Origin: Octopus sinensis
Lineage: Eukaryota
Length of the DNA: 64,000 nucleotides
Direction: 5' to 3'
Assembly (NCBI RefSeq): GCF_006345805.1
Contig: NC_043000.1
Coordinates: 121,954,001-122,018,000 of the forward strand
A program made the position numbers and the translations under genes. Positions 26,780-39,122 of this stretch are shown one piece after another. The notes below the pieces were generated by a model. It saw only the letters and a program-made list of their open reading frames with translations. It was not told the DNA's origin and did not search any database. The stretch's first letter is position 1. The number at the start of each line of letters is the position of its first letter.

Positions 26780-26821
26780 TGGTAATGATAATTTGTGTTC
26801 ATATTATTTTTATTATTACTA

Positions 26822-27630
26822 TTCTATGTTTGACTTTTGCTTTATATTTGTACAAGTTGGCTCCAAGTCTCACCCAGAGACCTCAAGAGACAACAGGTTG
26901 AAAGTTCACGTTGTTGTTATGCCTAGCGTGCCATATATTTGGTTGTTTTTTTTTTGGTGTTGTATTAGTGGATGTCTAAAGAAAAAAAAACATTTTAAAT
27001 TATGTTTGTTTTAAACCTTGAGATTACATAGAAAGTATTTTGCGTAGGATGTGAGCAGTTCCCATGAGCACTATCATTTGAATTTCTGCCATTTGGGGGT
27101 TTCCTGGTATCTGTGTTAGGTAGAAATCAGCCCCTTTTGCTATCATTCCCAGGGCACCTATGACAACAAGTATTGTTTTAGTCTTCAGGTTCCACATTTT
27201 GCTGATTTCTATTTCAAGATCTTTATATTTGCTCAGTTTTTGGTAGGTCTTGACAGATACATTTATATCGATTGGGACAGTCATATCAATGAGGAGGCAT
27301 GTTCTTTGTCTGAAGTCTTTCAATATGATGTCTGGCCTATTTGCATCTATCTTTCTGTCAGTTTGAATGGCGAAGTTCCAGAGGAGTGAGATGTGATCAA
27401 TTTCAAGCACTGGAGGTGGTTTGTGTTCCCACCAGTTTTTTTCATGGGGCAAATCCAGGTTTTTGCAGATTACCCAGTGAATATATTGTGCAGTGCTATC
27501 GTGCCTGTTAAGATACTCTGTAGGCGCTAGGAGACTGCACTTGGAGACAACATGATCAATGGTTTCATTTTGTTGTTGGCATACACGACATGTTGGGCTA
27601 CTGCCGCTCTTTAATATGTTGGCCGGGTAT
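26822..27630 (-). mobile_element. R4/Dong-like non-LTR retrotransposon 3' fragment (zinc knuckle plus restriction-like endonuclease)
   Basis: Continuous frame 27629 to 27024: CRVC...ETIDHVVSKC (CCHC), NRPDIILKD...LIDMTVP...KLSKYKDL (PD-D/K); both ends in (TAA)n-type repeats. Confidence 0.9.
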
Positions 27631-27652
27631 TATTATCATTATTATTATTATT

Positions 27653-27713
<61 letters not shown>

Positions 27714-28227
27714 ATAAACAATAATAGCAAAATCTGATTTTCACTGAAAACGTATCTTCTTACAAATCCAACATTAATAACAGATGTAATTTGTTTTATT
27801 TGACCTGATCATCTAAATGAGATTAAAGAACACAACTTTAGTTAAGTGGAAGAGGAAAATAGGTTCACACAATGAGTGAAATAAATACTGACATGTATAC
27901 TAGTGTGTTAGCTATATGTTAATTTTCTAAAGCAGAGCAAACGGGATGAAAAGACATTAGAACTAATTTGAAGAAATAATTTATCTAGCCGAGAAATTAA
28001 AACAAGAGAAAAGATATTGGAATAAACCATGAAAAACAGATCAATGGGAAAAGAAATTGAAAGATCTTCGAAAGAAATAACACTGAATGATAACAGTTAA
28101 AATTCTATTTTAAAAATTGCTTCATATTATCTATACACGCACATTGTATAATAAGGTAATCTTTTGTAGCGTACTGATATCGATTTTCGAGAAATATTTG
28201 AAGGAACGTTTCAAATATAACAGACAG

Positions 28228-28448
28228 TTTACAAAACATGTTTCTGTTTTTGATTATTCAAAGACATATAAAAATGTCTATTACAGAATACTTGATCTCA
28301 TATATATATATATATATAAATGCATGAATCAAGTATTTTGTAATACACATTACATGTGTGTGGGTTTACAAAACATGTTTCTGTTTTTGATTGTTCAAAG
28401 ACATAAAAACGTCTATTACAGAATACTTGATCACATATATATATGTGT

Positions 28449-28498
<50 letters not shown>

Positions 28499-28540
28499 TG
28501 AATCAAGTATTTTGTAATACACGTTATATGTGTGTGTGTA
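28228..28540. repeat. Tandem duplication (137-bp period), each unit with an inverted repeat around (TA)n
   Basis: TTTACAAAACATGTTTCTG... at 28228 and 28365; ATTACAGAATACTTGAT / ATCAAGTATTTTGTAAT arms. Confidence 0.85.
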
Positions 28541-28745
28541 TGTATATATGCATATGTGTGTGGTGATGGTGGGGTATATTGTAATTCTGCCATTTATAAC
28601 AATAAAATTGAAAAATTGTGTGAAATCAAATAGCGAAGTTAATATCTGATACATATATAATTTAATACTTTTTCTGTCTGCTCTCGGTTTTTACGCCTCT
28701 GTAATAACGCATATTAAAGATTTAAATATGTCTTCGTCTTTCTCT

Positions 28746-28783
<38 letters not shown>

Positions 28784-29004
28784 AGACAAACAAACACACA
28801 CACACACCTGTATGTGGGAATGTTTGTATGTATGTATTAAAATGGCATGTGATATTATAACTATCAATTTAAGGTACAATATTGAAAGTATTTTCAGTGT
28901 CTCCAGGTATATCTGTCGCTTTTCAAGCGATAGTGTTACCGATTCCACAGCACAATTCCGTTACTTCCAAGTAACCGAAATCTCCATATGCATATATATT
29001 ATAT

Positions 29005-29049
<45 letters not shown>

Positions 29050-29228
29050 TATATGCGCGCGCGCGTGTGTGTGGGTATATATGTATCCTTGGCATCGTGT
29101 TTTTATTTTGATTAATTTACTCCACCACCTACACCACCAAACGGTATATACAGGTGCTTACAATTATCAAGTACTCACCCCGAATCTCTCTCTATATAGG
29201 ATAGATACATACATACATACATATATTC

Positions 29229-29259
<31 letters not shown>

Positions 29260-29267
29260 CATAGACA

Positions 29268-29276
29268 GACAGACAA

Positions 29277-29358
<82 letters not shown>
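29268..29358. repeat. (GATA)n tetranucleotide microsatellite
   Basis: Direct inspection. Confidence 0.95.
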
Positions 29359-29890
29359 TGAGGGAGGGTGGGAGAGAGAGAGAGACGTTAAGGCTGAAGC
29401 TAGGAAAATTAGTCACAATAATTCGCTGTTTACGACGGGAATTTAGCGTAACTCAAATTATGAAGGAAGCAAGAAATGCAGACCAAACTGTATATATATA
29501 TATATATATATTGTGTAATGGATCCTGGGTATGGCGAGAACAATGCGAGGAGAATGTAAGGCAAATCACAAGAAAACATGTGAATTAAGGTACATTGTAT
29601 TCAATATCTGCATTCAATATTGTATTCAATATTTGTATTGAAAATTGGCCAATGACAATGAAATGAGTGACGGTGATAATTCAAAGTATTATCTGTCTGC
29701 TTGGCGTTGATTATGCATTCAAGTCTCAATTATTACCTATTTACAACAATAAGTGAATGTTATTGTCGCACTCACTATTTAATAGCTTTGACTCTACATT
29801 TGTCTCTAGCACTTGTAGCTCTCTGTAAGATTGTAACGCTTTGTATATGTGTGTCGCCTATTTCTTCCTTGGTTTAAAATACATGCTTAC

Positions 29891-30047
29891 TAGCTTTGGT
29901 GCATATTTCGTGGGCACTTAATCTAATTACGGAATAGGTGATTCCAGGTCTTAGGAATATAATTTGTTTAGAAGTACTGCTTTCGTATTTGATAAAACTT
30001 GTTAAATAACGAGTACTAATACACGAACCAATTTCATTTTCTTTTAG
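29891..30047 (-). CDS. Candidate 157-nt exon, product unknown (weak fibronectin-III-like LRPGITYSV)
   Basis: Acceptor CTTGCATTTTTTATTAG, donor GTAAGC, one frame open throughout: LKENEIGSCISTRYLTSFIKYESSTSKQIIFLRPGITYSVIRLSAHEICTKA. Confidence 0.15.
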
Positions 30048-30249
30048 CTAATAAAAAATGCAAGTGTTAAGCTGGAAACTGTAAAATTGGTTTCTTTCCC
30101 GATAATGGGGTTGCTTTAAATTAAAATTAGACTTGTACTACCAAAACGATAGCTTCAAGAATATGTTTAGTATATTTTCTTGCTTTATAACAAGCAAACT
30201 AGTGCCAGTATTTTTTTAATTAAAAACTAGCCTCTTCATTCACACAATT

Positions 30250-31070
30250 GTTATGAAATGGCAAAAAAGAATAAGACTCAAACCGGAAAAAATCGAATTA
30301 GATGTACCATACCAATCTCTAGAGACCTTTGAGTATAGGAATATAATACAGATAGACGACATATTCAAGTCTTATTCCGTAGCTAATCCAATAAACGTAG
30401 CTATATACACAACATTAAATCTCCTTAACAAAAGACTCAAATGAACCCTGAATGATTTGGACGATGAAATCATATTACACAAACCGGATGAGAGCAAAAG
30501 CTATAATATAATAGAAAATAAATCAGAAAACATTAACCGACAGAAGTAATTTGTTAAAATTGAAACAGAAAATACTCTACAGGGGAAAATTGAGTTAAAT
30601 AAAATTATTTAGCGCTGGAATTGCACAAGTGAAAGCTATTTCTTTACAATACAAACAATAACTCTTTCCAGCGTAAAAACAGGATAACAAAATATCGCTA
30701 AAAGAGTAGACGTAATTGTAAAACAATTGTGAGACAGCTTAAATCCATTGATGGGATGTAATTTAAGTTCATGAGAAAATTTGACATTTTAAAATACTAC
30801 TTCGACAAAGATAGTAATATTATCACCTTGTATATAAAAAGTCGTTCTACAAATAGCACTGAAAAAAATATTAGAAATTATGCTAGGCACCCTATATAAA
30901 TACACTGCAAAAATGTTGCGAATATCCCAAGAATCATTTCGAAAATATATCTGTATCTTGAATACTCTTTGCGGAATGCTATGGGTATGATTCGAAAAGG
31001 GTACCATGTTATGTCACTAAATATTTCCAAATGACTGGGTAAGTTTCAGTTATACCCATACATTGTAAAC
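30250..31070 (+). mobile_element. Decayed Penelope-like reverse transcriptase remnant
   Basis: DDEIIIHKPDESKSYNII (cf. IIIKxADKG), IITLYIKSRSTN (cf. VTLDVKSLYTN) and NAMG motifs in the expected order, with many stops. Confidence 0.45.
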
Positions 31071-31187
31071 CCGATTTATTGGCAATAAATTCGTGTAAAT
31101 CAACACAACAAAAGTGGTCGATAAACCATAATATATTGCAGGTTGGCAAATTTAAAAGTAAACACAGGTTGATAAGTAGTAATACAC

Positions 31188-31385
31188 GCAGGAGTTGCTG
31201 TGGGATAAGTAGCTTGCATAGCATCCACATGGTTCCGGAATACGTCCCACTGCGTGGCAGTTTGGGCAAGTGTCTTCTACTATAGCTTCAGGCCGACCAG
31301 AGCTTTGTGAGTGGATTTGGTAGACGGATATTGAAAGAAGGCAGTGCTCCGGCATGGCCGCAGTCAAGTGACTAAAACTAATAAA
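31188..31385 (+). mobile_element. SINE B/D deletion derivative lacking the microsatellite and most of the D half
   Basis: B half joined directly to GGCAGTGCTCCGGCATGGCCGCAGTCAAGTGACT tail at AAAGAAG. Confidence 0.8.
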
Positions 31386-31573
31386 GGAATACCGATTTTG
31401 TATGCAATAACATTAATGGAAGAAATAAAGGGACATAATTCGTCTTCACCTATGTTTGAAACTGCTACTTGTTTCTTATTCCTTCATCTGTCTCTGCCAT
31501 CGTATTTTTTGTATTTTGTACAATTTGGAAATAGATACATATATAGACAGATAGACAGACAGACAGGTAGATA

Positions 31574-32260
31574 TTGGGTATTACCATAAATAATGCGTTT
31601 TTTTTTATATAACTTTTATTTAACAAGATTAATGTAAACTCTTTTTTAATCTAAAATATAAACTTCATTTTCTATCTTGTAGACTTCCAAGGCCCCTCTT
31701 CCAAACTTTACTTCTCCGTGACGAAAAATACTAATACTCCTCCAGTACTGTTCTGATCTCGACAGAATTCATATTGTTTCCTTCCAAAATATTTTTAAGA
31801 CTACAGAATAAATGATAATCACATGGGGCACTATACGGCGACTCTGGTGGGTGGGGCATCGTTTCCCGATCAAACTGCCCCAACCTTTGGAATGTCAACC
31901 TCGCTGTATGTAACCGAGCATTATCCAGGTAAAACAACACCTTTCTTCTTGAAACTAAAGATGGCCGTTTTTTCTTCTAGCGCTAACTTAAAACAGCCAA
32001 GCTGCTCGCAGTAAATCTCCTTTGTTATCGCTTAGTTCGCGTTTAAAAGTTCAAAGTGGACTAACCTTTCATACCCACCAAACAGATAACAACAATTTAC
32101 GTGGGTGAAGACCTTCTTTAGCCTGGGGTGACTTCGACGCTTAACGTTTTTATAGAGAGCTCTTTTCTCGTTACCTGTCGTCACTATTCGGTCTAATATA
32201 TATATATAACAAAGGAGGGAATTTCGATTATCTCCACGTGGTGAGTTGTCATGCAAAAAA
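31574..32260 (-). mobile_element. Mariner transposase pseudogene (catalytic domain) with 3' TIR
   Basis: LDRIVTTGNEKRALYKNVKR, LDNARLHTA, HPPESPYSAPCDYHLFCSLKN (cf. HDNARPH / HPPYSPDLAPSDYHLF); TA|TTGGGTATTACCATAAATAATGCG end. Confidence 0.9.
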
Positions 32261-32621
32261 AAATATATAAAATAAACGAAGGAAAAAGCAGACTCTTTAT
32301 AAAAGTATGTAACGTGAGTGAATTATCTATTTTTTATCATACATACATATACACATGCATATTATATGTACGTATGCATGTATTTATAAATGGATGCTAG
32401 GTACACTAAGTCTTACTTATTTCATAAGCAAGACATTCTAAATGCTAAGTGTGGGAGTCTACAAAAGCCATATATCTATGCAATTTGACATTTAGATATA
32501 TCCTTAATCCTCTCAGTTCATATCTTATTCGAATAGGCTTTCCTTGCCATAATATTTATATAAAAGTTGAGACAAATAGTTGCGTCGATTAAATCGACTA
32601 CAAATTTCTTACATTCTTTGC

Positions 32622-32810
32622 CGCAGGAGTGGATGTGTGCTAAGTATCATGCTTTCCCAACCACATGGTCCCGGGTTCAGTCCCTCTGCGTGCCACCTTG
32701 TGCAAGTAACTTCTACTATAGCCTCGGGCCGACCAAAGCCTTGTGAGTGGATTTGGTAGACGGAAACTGAAAGAAGCACGTCGTATATATGTATATGTGT
32801 ATATATATAT

Positions 32811-32855
<45 letters not shown>

Positions 32856-33122
32856 GTGTGTGTGCGTTTGTGAGAGTCTGTGTGTGTGTACGTGTGCGTG
32901 TGTGTCTGTGTTTGTCCCCCCCAACATCACTTGACAACCGATGGTGGTGTGTTTACGTCCCGGTAACTTAGCGGTTCGGCGAAAGAGACCGATAGAATAA
33001 GTAGTAGGCTTACGAAGAATGAGTCCTGGGGTGGATTTGCTCGACTAAAAAAGGCAGTGCTCCAGCATGGCCACAGTCAACTGACTGAAACAAGTAAAAT
33101 AATAAACGAGTAAAGAGAGTAA
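32622..33122 (+). mobile_element. Full composite SINE B/D with internal microsatellite
   Basis: Same architecture as 7155-7645. Confidence 0.9.
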
Positions 33123-33406
33123 AAAAATATCCGCGACTTGATACAAGTGAATTTCCCTTATTTCCTTTAAAATAGGTTGTTTGAATTGCCAAATCCGCAG
33201 AGCAGCGGACATTTTGTGACAGTATTTTGTTTCGTGTACACTTGACGTCACTTGGTGGAGTTTAATTTCAACCCATTTTATATTTACAAACACAAGAAGT
33301 GTTGATTTGGCTGAAAATATAACTGCCATTAAAATTCTATGTATCAGCATTGTCGAAACTGCCATGCGTTATAATTTGCGTTTTACTCTGTCAATAATAC
33401 GCCGAG

Positions 33407-33467
33407 AAGAAATCTTAACATGTTAACAGAATCTCGTGTATATATATAAATATATATATCATATATA

Positions 33468-33509
<42 letters not shown>

Positions 33510-33544
33510 ATCCAAGAGAATCTGTTAACATATTAAGATTTCTT
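33407..33544. repeat. 29-bp inverted repeat enclosing a (TA)n tract
   Basis: AAGAAATCTTAACATGTTAACAGAATCTC ... GAGAATCTGTTAACATATTAAGATTTCTT. Confidence 0.85.
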
Positions 33545-34630
33545 ATATATATACGTTTGTTCTGTAAATGTATCATGCGCTAAGGTGAATTAGTATATGA
33601 TATATGAAGTTCATTGCAGAGCTATTTCGTCCTCAGAGCATTAGGTAACTAATCACGACTTTCTTGATAATCCTTCTCTCTAAGTAGATTATATGAGTAA
33701 TCCCTTACTTAAGCCAACTTGCAACTGTTTGTTTCTCCTTTTCACTTCATTATGTATTCTTGTCATCAAAATCGTCTGATCTTTCCATACAGAAAACCTT
33801 GTCACATGAAGATTAACGCTCAGTCTAAAGAATCATTATTTTATCTCTACTCTAAACAATACAAATCACATGAACTAAAAATACATTTATTGCTTTGTTT
33901 TCCTTTGCGATTCTATTAGATTTTCTTTTATTTTTATTGAATTACGACCCTGAGGAATGCAACAATTTTTAAAAAAATTTCTCATAGAGGAGGTCTCTCT
34001 CGAAAAAGCTAAGTCAGAATTGATGTATTTAATTTGATTAAATCACAGAATTTAACACTTATTTTGCATTATTTGTTTATTAATGATTTAGAAATTTTCT
34101 TTAGAAATTTACATTTCTATAAAAAAGATTCCCCAAAGCTATGAGAAAGTTTGTGAGTGTGAATGCATACTATGTACCATGACACGTTAAATAGACATGT
34201 GTGACGTTTACGTAGCTCCAGAAAGTTGACGACACAAGCCTTTTAAGTGAAGCCCTCGGAAATTTTCAAACGGTTTCCTCTTTCTTTATTTTGGGTGTAT
34301 ATGATTAAATAAGTTATTAATTTCAGACCAGAGCAGCTTGTTATATAAGTATAATTTCTTTCGACTTGCTGTTAACTCTATACACTGCCAACCTTTTGAT
34401 TTACCTTTTTGGTGCTTCATCTGGAATCTAGTTGTGTGTGCGCGCGCCGTCAAATGGTCGATCGAAATGCATCACACATACACATACAAACTTGCAAGCA
34501 TATATATTGCTCATATGATGTATAAATCATACGTGTAGGTAAATTTGCGTATATACATACATATTACCACACATATACATGCATGCACACACAAACACAC
34601 ACACACATACACAGACATACACACACAGAC

Positions 34631-34669
<39 letters not shown>

Positions 34670-34672
<3 letters not shown>

Positions 34673-34804
34673 TATAGAAGGAGCTTCTACAGGACTAGAA
34701 CTGTTTCATTCAAATGAAATCATCAGGAATGATTCATTTGAATGATTCATCAGGAATCATTTGAATGAAACAGTTCTAGTCCTGTAGAAGCTCCTTCTAT
34801 AAAA
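34670..34804. repeat. Palindromic element (48-bp arms) abutting (TA)n
   Basis: TTTTATAGAAGGAGCTTCTACAGGACTAGAACTGTTTCATTCAAATGA and its exact reverse complement; spacer contains TCATCAGG twice. Confidence 0.9.
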
Positions 34805-34907
34805 TAAATTAATTTACTCTGCCATGTATTGAGTACCTTATTTACTGTGGTTAACCCCGACTCAACCCGGGACCTACATATATATATATATATACATACA
34901 TACGTGT

Positions 34908-35210
34908 GGAGATACAATCGCCCAGTGGTTAGGACTCGCGGTCGTAGGATCACCGTTTCGATTCCCAGACCGGGTGTTGTGAGTGTTTATTGAGCGAAAA
35001 CAACTAAAGCTCCACGCAGCTCCGGCAGGGGGTGATGGCGATCCCTGCTGTACTCTTTCGCCACAACTTCTCTCACTCTTTATTCTCTTGGCTTGGTCGC
35101 TTAGCCAGCGGGGTGGCGTCATTTGAAAGCTAAAACAATGCGAAGCGCATTGTGCCCAGCGATGTGTAGCAACATCTGATAGCCTGGTCGGTCACGGTGA
35201 TTATGGTGAT
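34908..35210 (+). mobile_element. SINE family C (alternative tail)
   Basis: GGAGATACAATCGCCCAGTGGTTAGG...GTTTCGATTCCC A/B boxes; body shared with 6221-6468. Confidence 0.8.
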
Positions 35211-35282
35211 ATTTAACTGGGTCAATTGTGTCACATGATATATATATAAATATATAATTATTTCTAAACTTCTCTATGGATG

Positions 35283-35830
35283 TCAAATATGTACCGTCGG
35301 CATATCAAATAGACGGAATATTTTCACAAGGGTACCGAGCAGGATCATGAGCATTCGCTGACAGGACATTGCGACAGACCAAAAAGTGTTGGACACAGCT
35401 TGTTCAACAAGCACTGAGTCAATATTGCTGAAGACTCAGTTACGCTAGACTGGTTATGCTATCAGAATTATTAACAACCGTCTATCCAGACAGCTGTGGT
35501 ACGGCAATCTCAGGCAAACGAGGAAAGCCTACACTGAGGTACAAAGACTCTTTGAAATGTAACCACAGATGGTGCGGTATTAACCTACATGAAATTGTAA
35601 CCTCAGCCGCTGACAGATCAGCGTGGAAGACTTCGAAGTGGACTGGCGATAGTGTCTCAATGATGCAAGAGAATGACGTCACAGGGAAGCATCCTCTTCA
35701 ATCCAGACTATCGCTGCGACACCTGTGGGCACCTGTGTGCCTCCAGCTTTGGACTTTGGGGTCACATGCTCTCCCATCACTCAGAAAACAGACATTTTCG
35801 TCATCGGACACCAATGGACAACTTATCGTA
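35283..35830 (+). mobile_element. RTE-clade LINE 3' fragment, decayed
   Basis: YRRHIK, LLKTQLR*TG, RQLWYG, GKPTLRYKDSLKCN, AADRSAW, CDTCGHLCASSFGLWGH across frames. Confidence 0.85.
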
Positions 35831-35866
35831 CATGTATATATGTGTGTCTGTGTGTGCGCGCGCGCC

Positions 35867-35899
<33 letters not shown>

Positions 35900-36214
35900 G
35901 TGAGAGAGAGAGAGTGAGAGAGTGAGAGAGAGCGAGAGAGAGGTATAAAGTATCTAAAATATGCGATTCCCTATATATAAAGAGTAGTAGAGTAAATAAT
36001 AAAACGAAGTACATATCTCTATATTAGAATGGTGTATTATTACACTTTGGTGTTGATTTCTACTGAGGATTATCATGATTTAGAACTGTATTTAAATTCT
36101 TACCTTTTGAGCGATAGAAAGAACTGTAAGTAACGCATTATAAAGCATAAATAATGATTTAAAATGGCATTTCTGTCTGTTTAAACACATTTACTTCTAC
36201 AGTAAAGAATGTTT

Positions 36215-36430
36215 TAAGGCAGCGAACTGGCAGAAACGTTAGCACGCCGGGCGAAATGCTTCGCGGTGTTCTATCTGTGTTTACATTCTGAGTTCAAATG
36301 CTGCCGAGGTCAACTTTGCCTTTCATCCCTTCGGGGTCGATAAATTAAGTACCAGTTGCGTACTGGAGTCGATCTCATCGACAGGGCCTCTCCCCCCCAA
36401 AAAAAATCAGTCGTTGTGGTTAGAGTAGAA
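36215..36430 (+). mobile_element. SINE family A variant
   Basis: AAGGCAGCGAACTGGCAGAAACGTTAGCACGCCGGGCG...GGGGTCGATAAATTAAGTACCAG. Confidence 0.85.
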
Positions 36431-36831
36431 AAGATTTACTTCTACCTTGGCTCTCCATCTTATAAATGATATTTTTACATGTTATGGAATATTTCAGATA
36501 GAAAATGTAGGTTTAATTTCATAAGGTTTCTGATGTATAACTCAATCAAGTTAAGCTTTATAAATTCCATATTTAGAATTCTTAAAATTCCTTTTATCTA
36601 GGTCTACGCCTCCAGATACATGAAGGCTGAAAATGTGTAACAATTAAAAATTTGTAGCCCATTATGTAATAAAATTATTTTTGACACGCTTATATCTACA
36701 TTACGAATTAAACTTACTGAGGAATCATTTATTGAAGAACTTGAATTGCATTAGTTAGGCTGTACAATAAAAACGGCATGTTTCACAATGACATGCTACA
36801 GGCATTCTATGTTCCGTTTTTCTTACTGTAG

Positions 36832-36878
36832 CAAAGATCTGAGTCATGCGGAATATTCTATTTTCGTATGATAAAACA
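36832..36878 (+). CDS. Candidate 47-nt host exon
   Basis: Acceptor TTCCGTTTTTCTTACTGTAG, donor GTAAGT; one frame open (QRSESCGIFYFRMIK). Confidence 0.25.
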
Positions 36879-36922
36879 GTAAGTATTATAATGATTTCTT
36901 TATGGTTTTGTTCTCTTTCAAG

Positions 36923-36963
36923 CGGCGTAGCAGACCTGGAGTCTACTTTCCGTCAGTATCCAT
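36923..36963 (+). CDS. Candidate 41-nt host exon
   Basis: Acceptor TTTTGTTCTCTTTCAAG, donor GTGAGT; two frames open (RRSRPGVYFPSVS or GVADLESTFRQYP). Confidence 0.3.
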
Positions 36964-37519
36964 GTGAGTAAAAGATATTTAATGTAAATTTAAAACAAAA
37001 GTTATTTCAAGCAAATCATTAACTGAAGTGTGTTATCTATTTTTTTTTAACGAATTATATGCTGACTTGCAAAGTTATATCTAGCACAATTATCACGACT
37101 TCACTAACATCATCTCAAGACATTCTAACACAGATGGCTGAATAAGGAAATTTAAAAAGGATATTCAAATGAACATTGAATTCGATTTCTTTACTTCAAA
37201 GTCTACCACTTAAAAAAAAAGAGAAAGACGAAATATGCTCAAACAAGAATTTTCCATTAGAGATTATTGTTTTATAAAAGTTTCTCATATGAGACATGGC
37301 ACACTTTTGTACCTGAGCAACACAGATCTTTTATCAGAAATGAATTGATTATGAATTACAAGCTAAATTGTCATCAGCAACAAGAATGTTCCAGTAAAAG
37401 CAATCAATAATATTTGACATATTGTATTTATACATTTCTGCATTATAAAATTAATAATGCTTTAAATCAAACTAAGCTAGTATATTCAGTACACTTCTTC
37501 TCTGCTAGAATATATAATA

Positions 37520-37906
37520 TATGTCGGGGCACTCCGTCGGTTACGACGACGAGTGTTCTCTTTGATCCGATCAGCGGCACAGCCTGCTTGGGAAATTAAT
37601 GTGCAATGGTTAGATATTCCAGAGACACGTGTACCTTTAACGTAGTTCTCGGGGAGATTCAGCGTGACACAGAGTGTGACAAGGCTGGCACTTTGAAATA
37701 CAGGTACAACAGAAACGGGAAGAAAGAGAGAGATAAAGTTGTGGTGAAAGAATACAGCAAGGTTCGAAACCACCACTGCCGTAGAGTTGTGAAGATTTTA
37801 GATGTTTTCGCTCAATAAACACTCACAACGGCCGGCCTGAGAATCGAAACCGCGATTCTATGACAACGAGTCCGCTACCCTAATCACCGGACCATTGCGT
37901 CTCCAC
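37520..37906 (-). mobile_element. SINE family C (long variant)
   Basis: Head GGAGACGCAATGGTCCGGTGATTAGGG...GGTTTCGATTCTC on the minus strand; shared body. Confidence 0.8.
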
Positions 37907-38269
37907 ATAATATATGTATATGTATATGTATATATATATGTGCGTATGTGTGAGTGTGTCTGTGTGAATATGTATAGATGACACACAATCACCCACGTAT
38001 ATATTGTCGTTTGATTTCAAGTCAGATTTTTCCAACTGAATGTTTAAATTGACATTCAAAACCCATACTCGTACAACGCTGTTATTAGATTTAACGATAC
38101 AAGGTTAGGGCGAATCTTCAGAGGCCACAGCCTCCTACTATTAGAATGAAATTAGAGACAACTCAGTGATATTTCCAATACATTCAATGGCACAAAAGTA
38201 ATTATCTGAAAAACTGTTATGCAATTATCATAATCATTGGTCGTTTCCGGTTATGTGTGTATATGTTGA

Positions 38270-38306
<37 letters not shown>

Positions 38307-38339
38307 AATAATAAAAGGGTAAAATTAATTAATTATTAA

Positions 38340-38397
<58 letters not shown>

Positions 38398-38398
<1 letters not shown>

Positions 38399-38610
38399 TA
38401 CTCTTTACTCTTTTACTTGTTTCAGTCCTTTAACTCTGGCCATGCTAGAGCACCGCCTTTAGTCGAGCAAATCGACCACAGGACTTATTGTTTGTAAGCC
38501 TAGTACTTATTCTACCGGTCTCTCTTGCCGAACCGCTAGATTATGGGGACATAAACAAACCACCATCTGTTGTCAAGCGATGTTGGGGGAACAAGCACAA
38601 ACACAAACAC
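38398..38610 (-). mobile_element. SINE D half (B half not found beyond the TA tract)
   Basis: CTCTTTTACTTGTTTCAGTC...GAGCACCGCCTTTAGTCGAGCAAATCGAC. Confidence 0.85.
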
Positions 38611-38614
<4 letters not shown>

Positions 38615-38652
<38 letters not shown>

Positions 38653-38722
38653 ATATATATATATATATATAATATATATAGTATATATATATATATATAT
38701 ATATAAGTATAATATATATATT

Positions 38723-38761
<39 letters not shown>

Positions 38762-38777
38762 TATATATATATATATA

Positions 38778-38863
<86 letters not shown>

Positions 38864-38874
38864 CTATATATATA

Positions 38875-38957
<83 letters not shown>

Positions 38958-38978
38958 GTATATATATTATATATGTAA

Positions 38979-39029
<51 letters not shown>

Positions 39030-39122
39030 CTATATATATATATATGATATATATATATATATATATCTATATATATATATATATATATATATAGATATAT
39101 ATATATATAATATATATATATA
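38615..39122. repeat. (TA)n-rich field 5' of the LINE
   Basis: Direct inspection. Confidence 0.95.

Noticed and set aside
34700-34775. Hammerhead call within the 34.7 kb palindrome
   Set aside because: No stem I complement and stem III mismatch
36104-36123. Minus-strand 20-nt segment with good acceptor and AAG|GTAAGA donor
   Set aside because: Not frame-preserving; signals alone are insufficient
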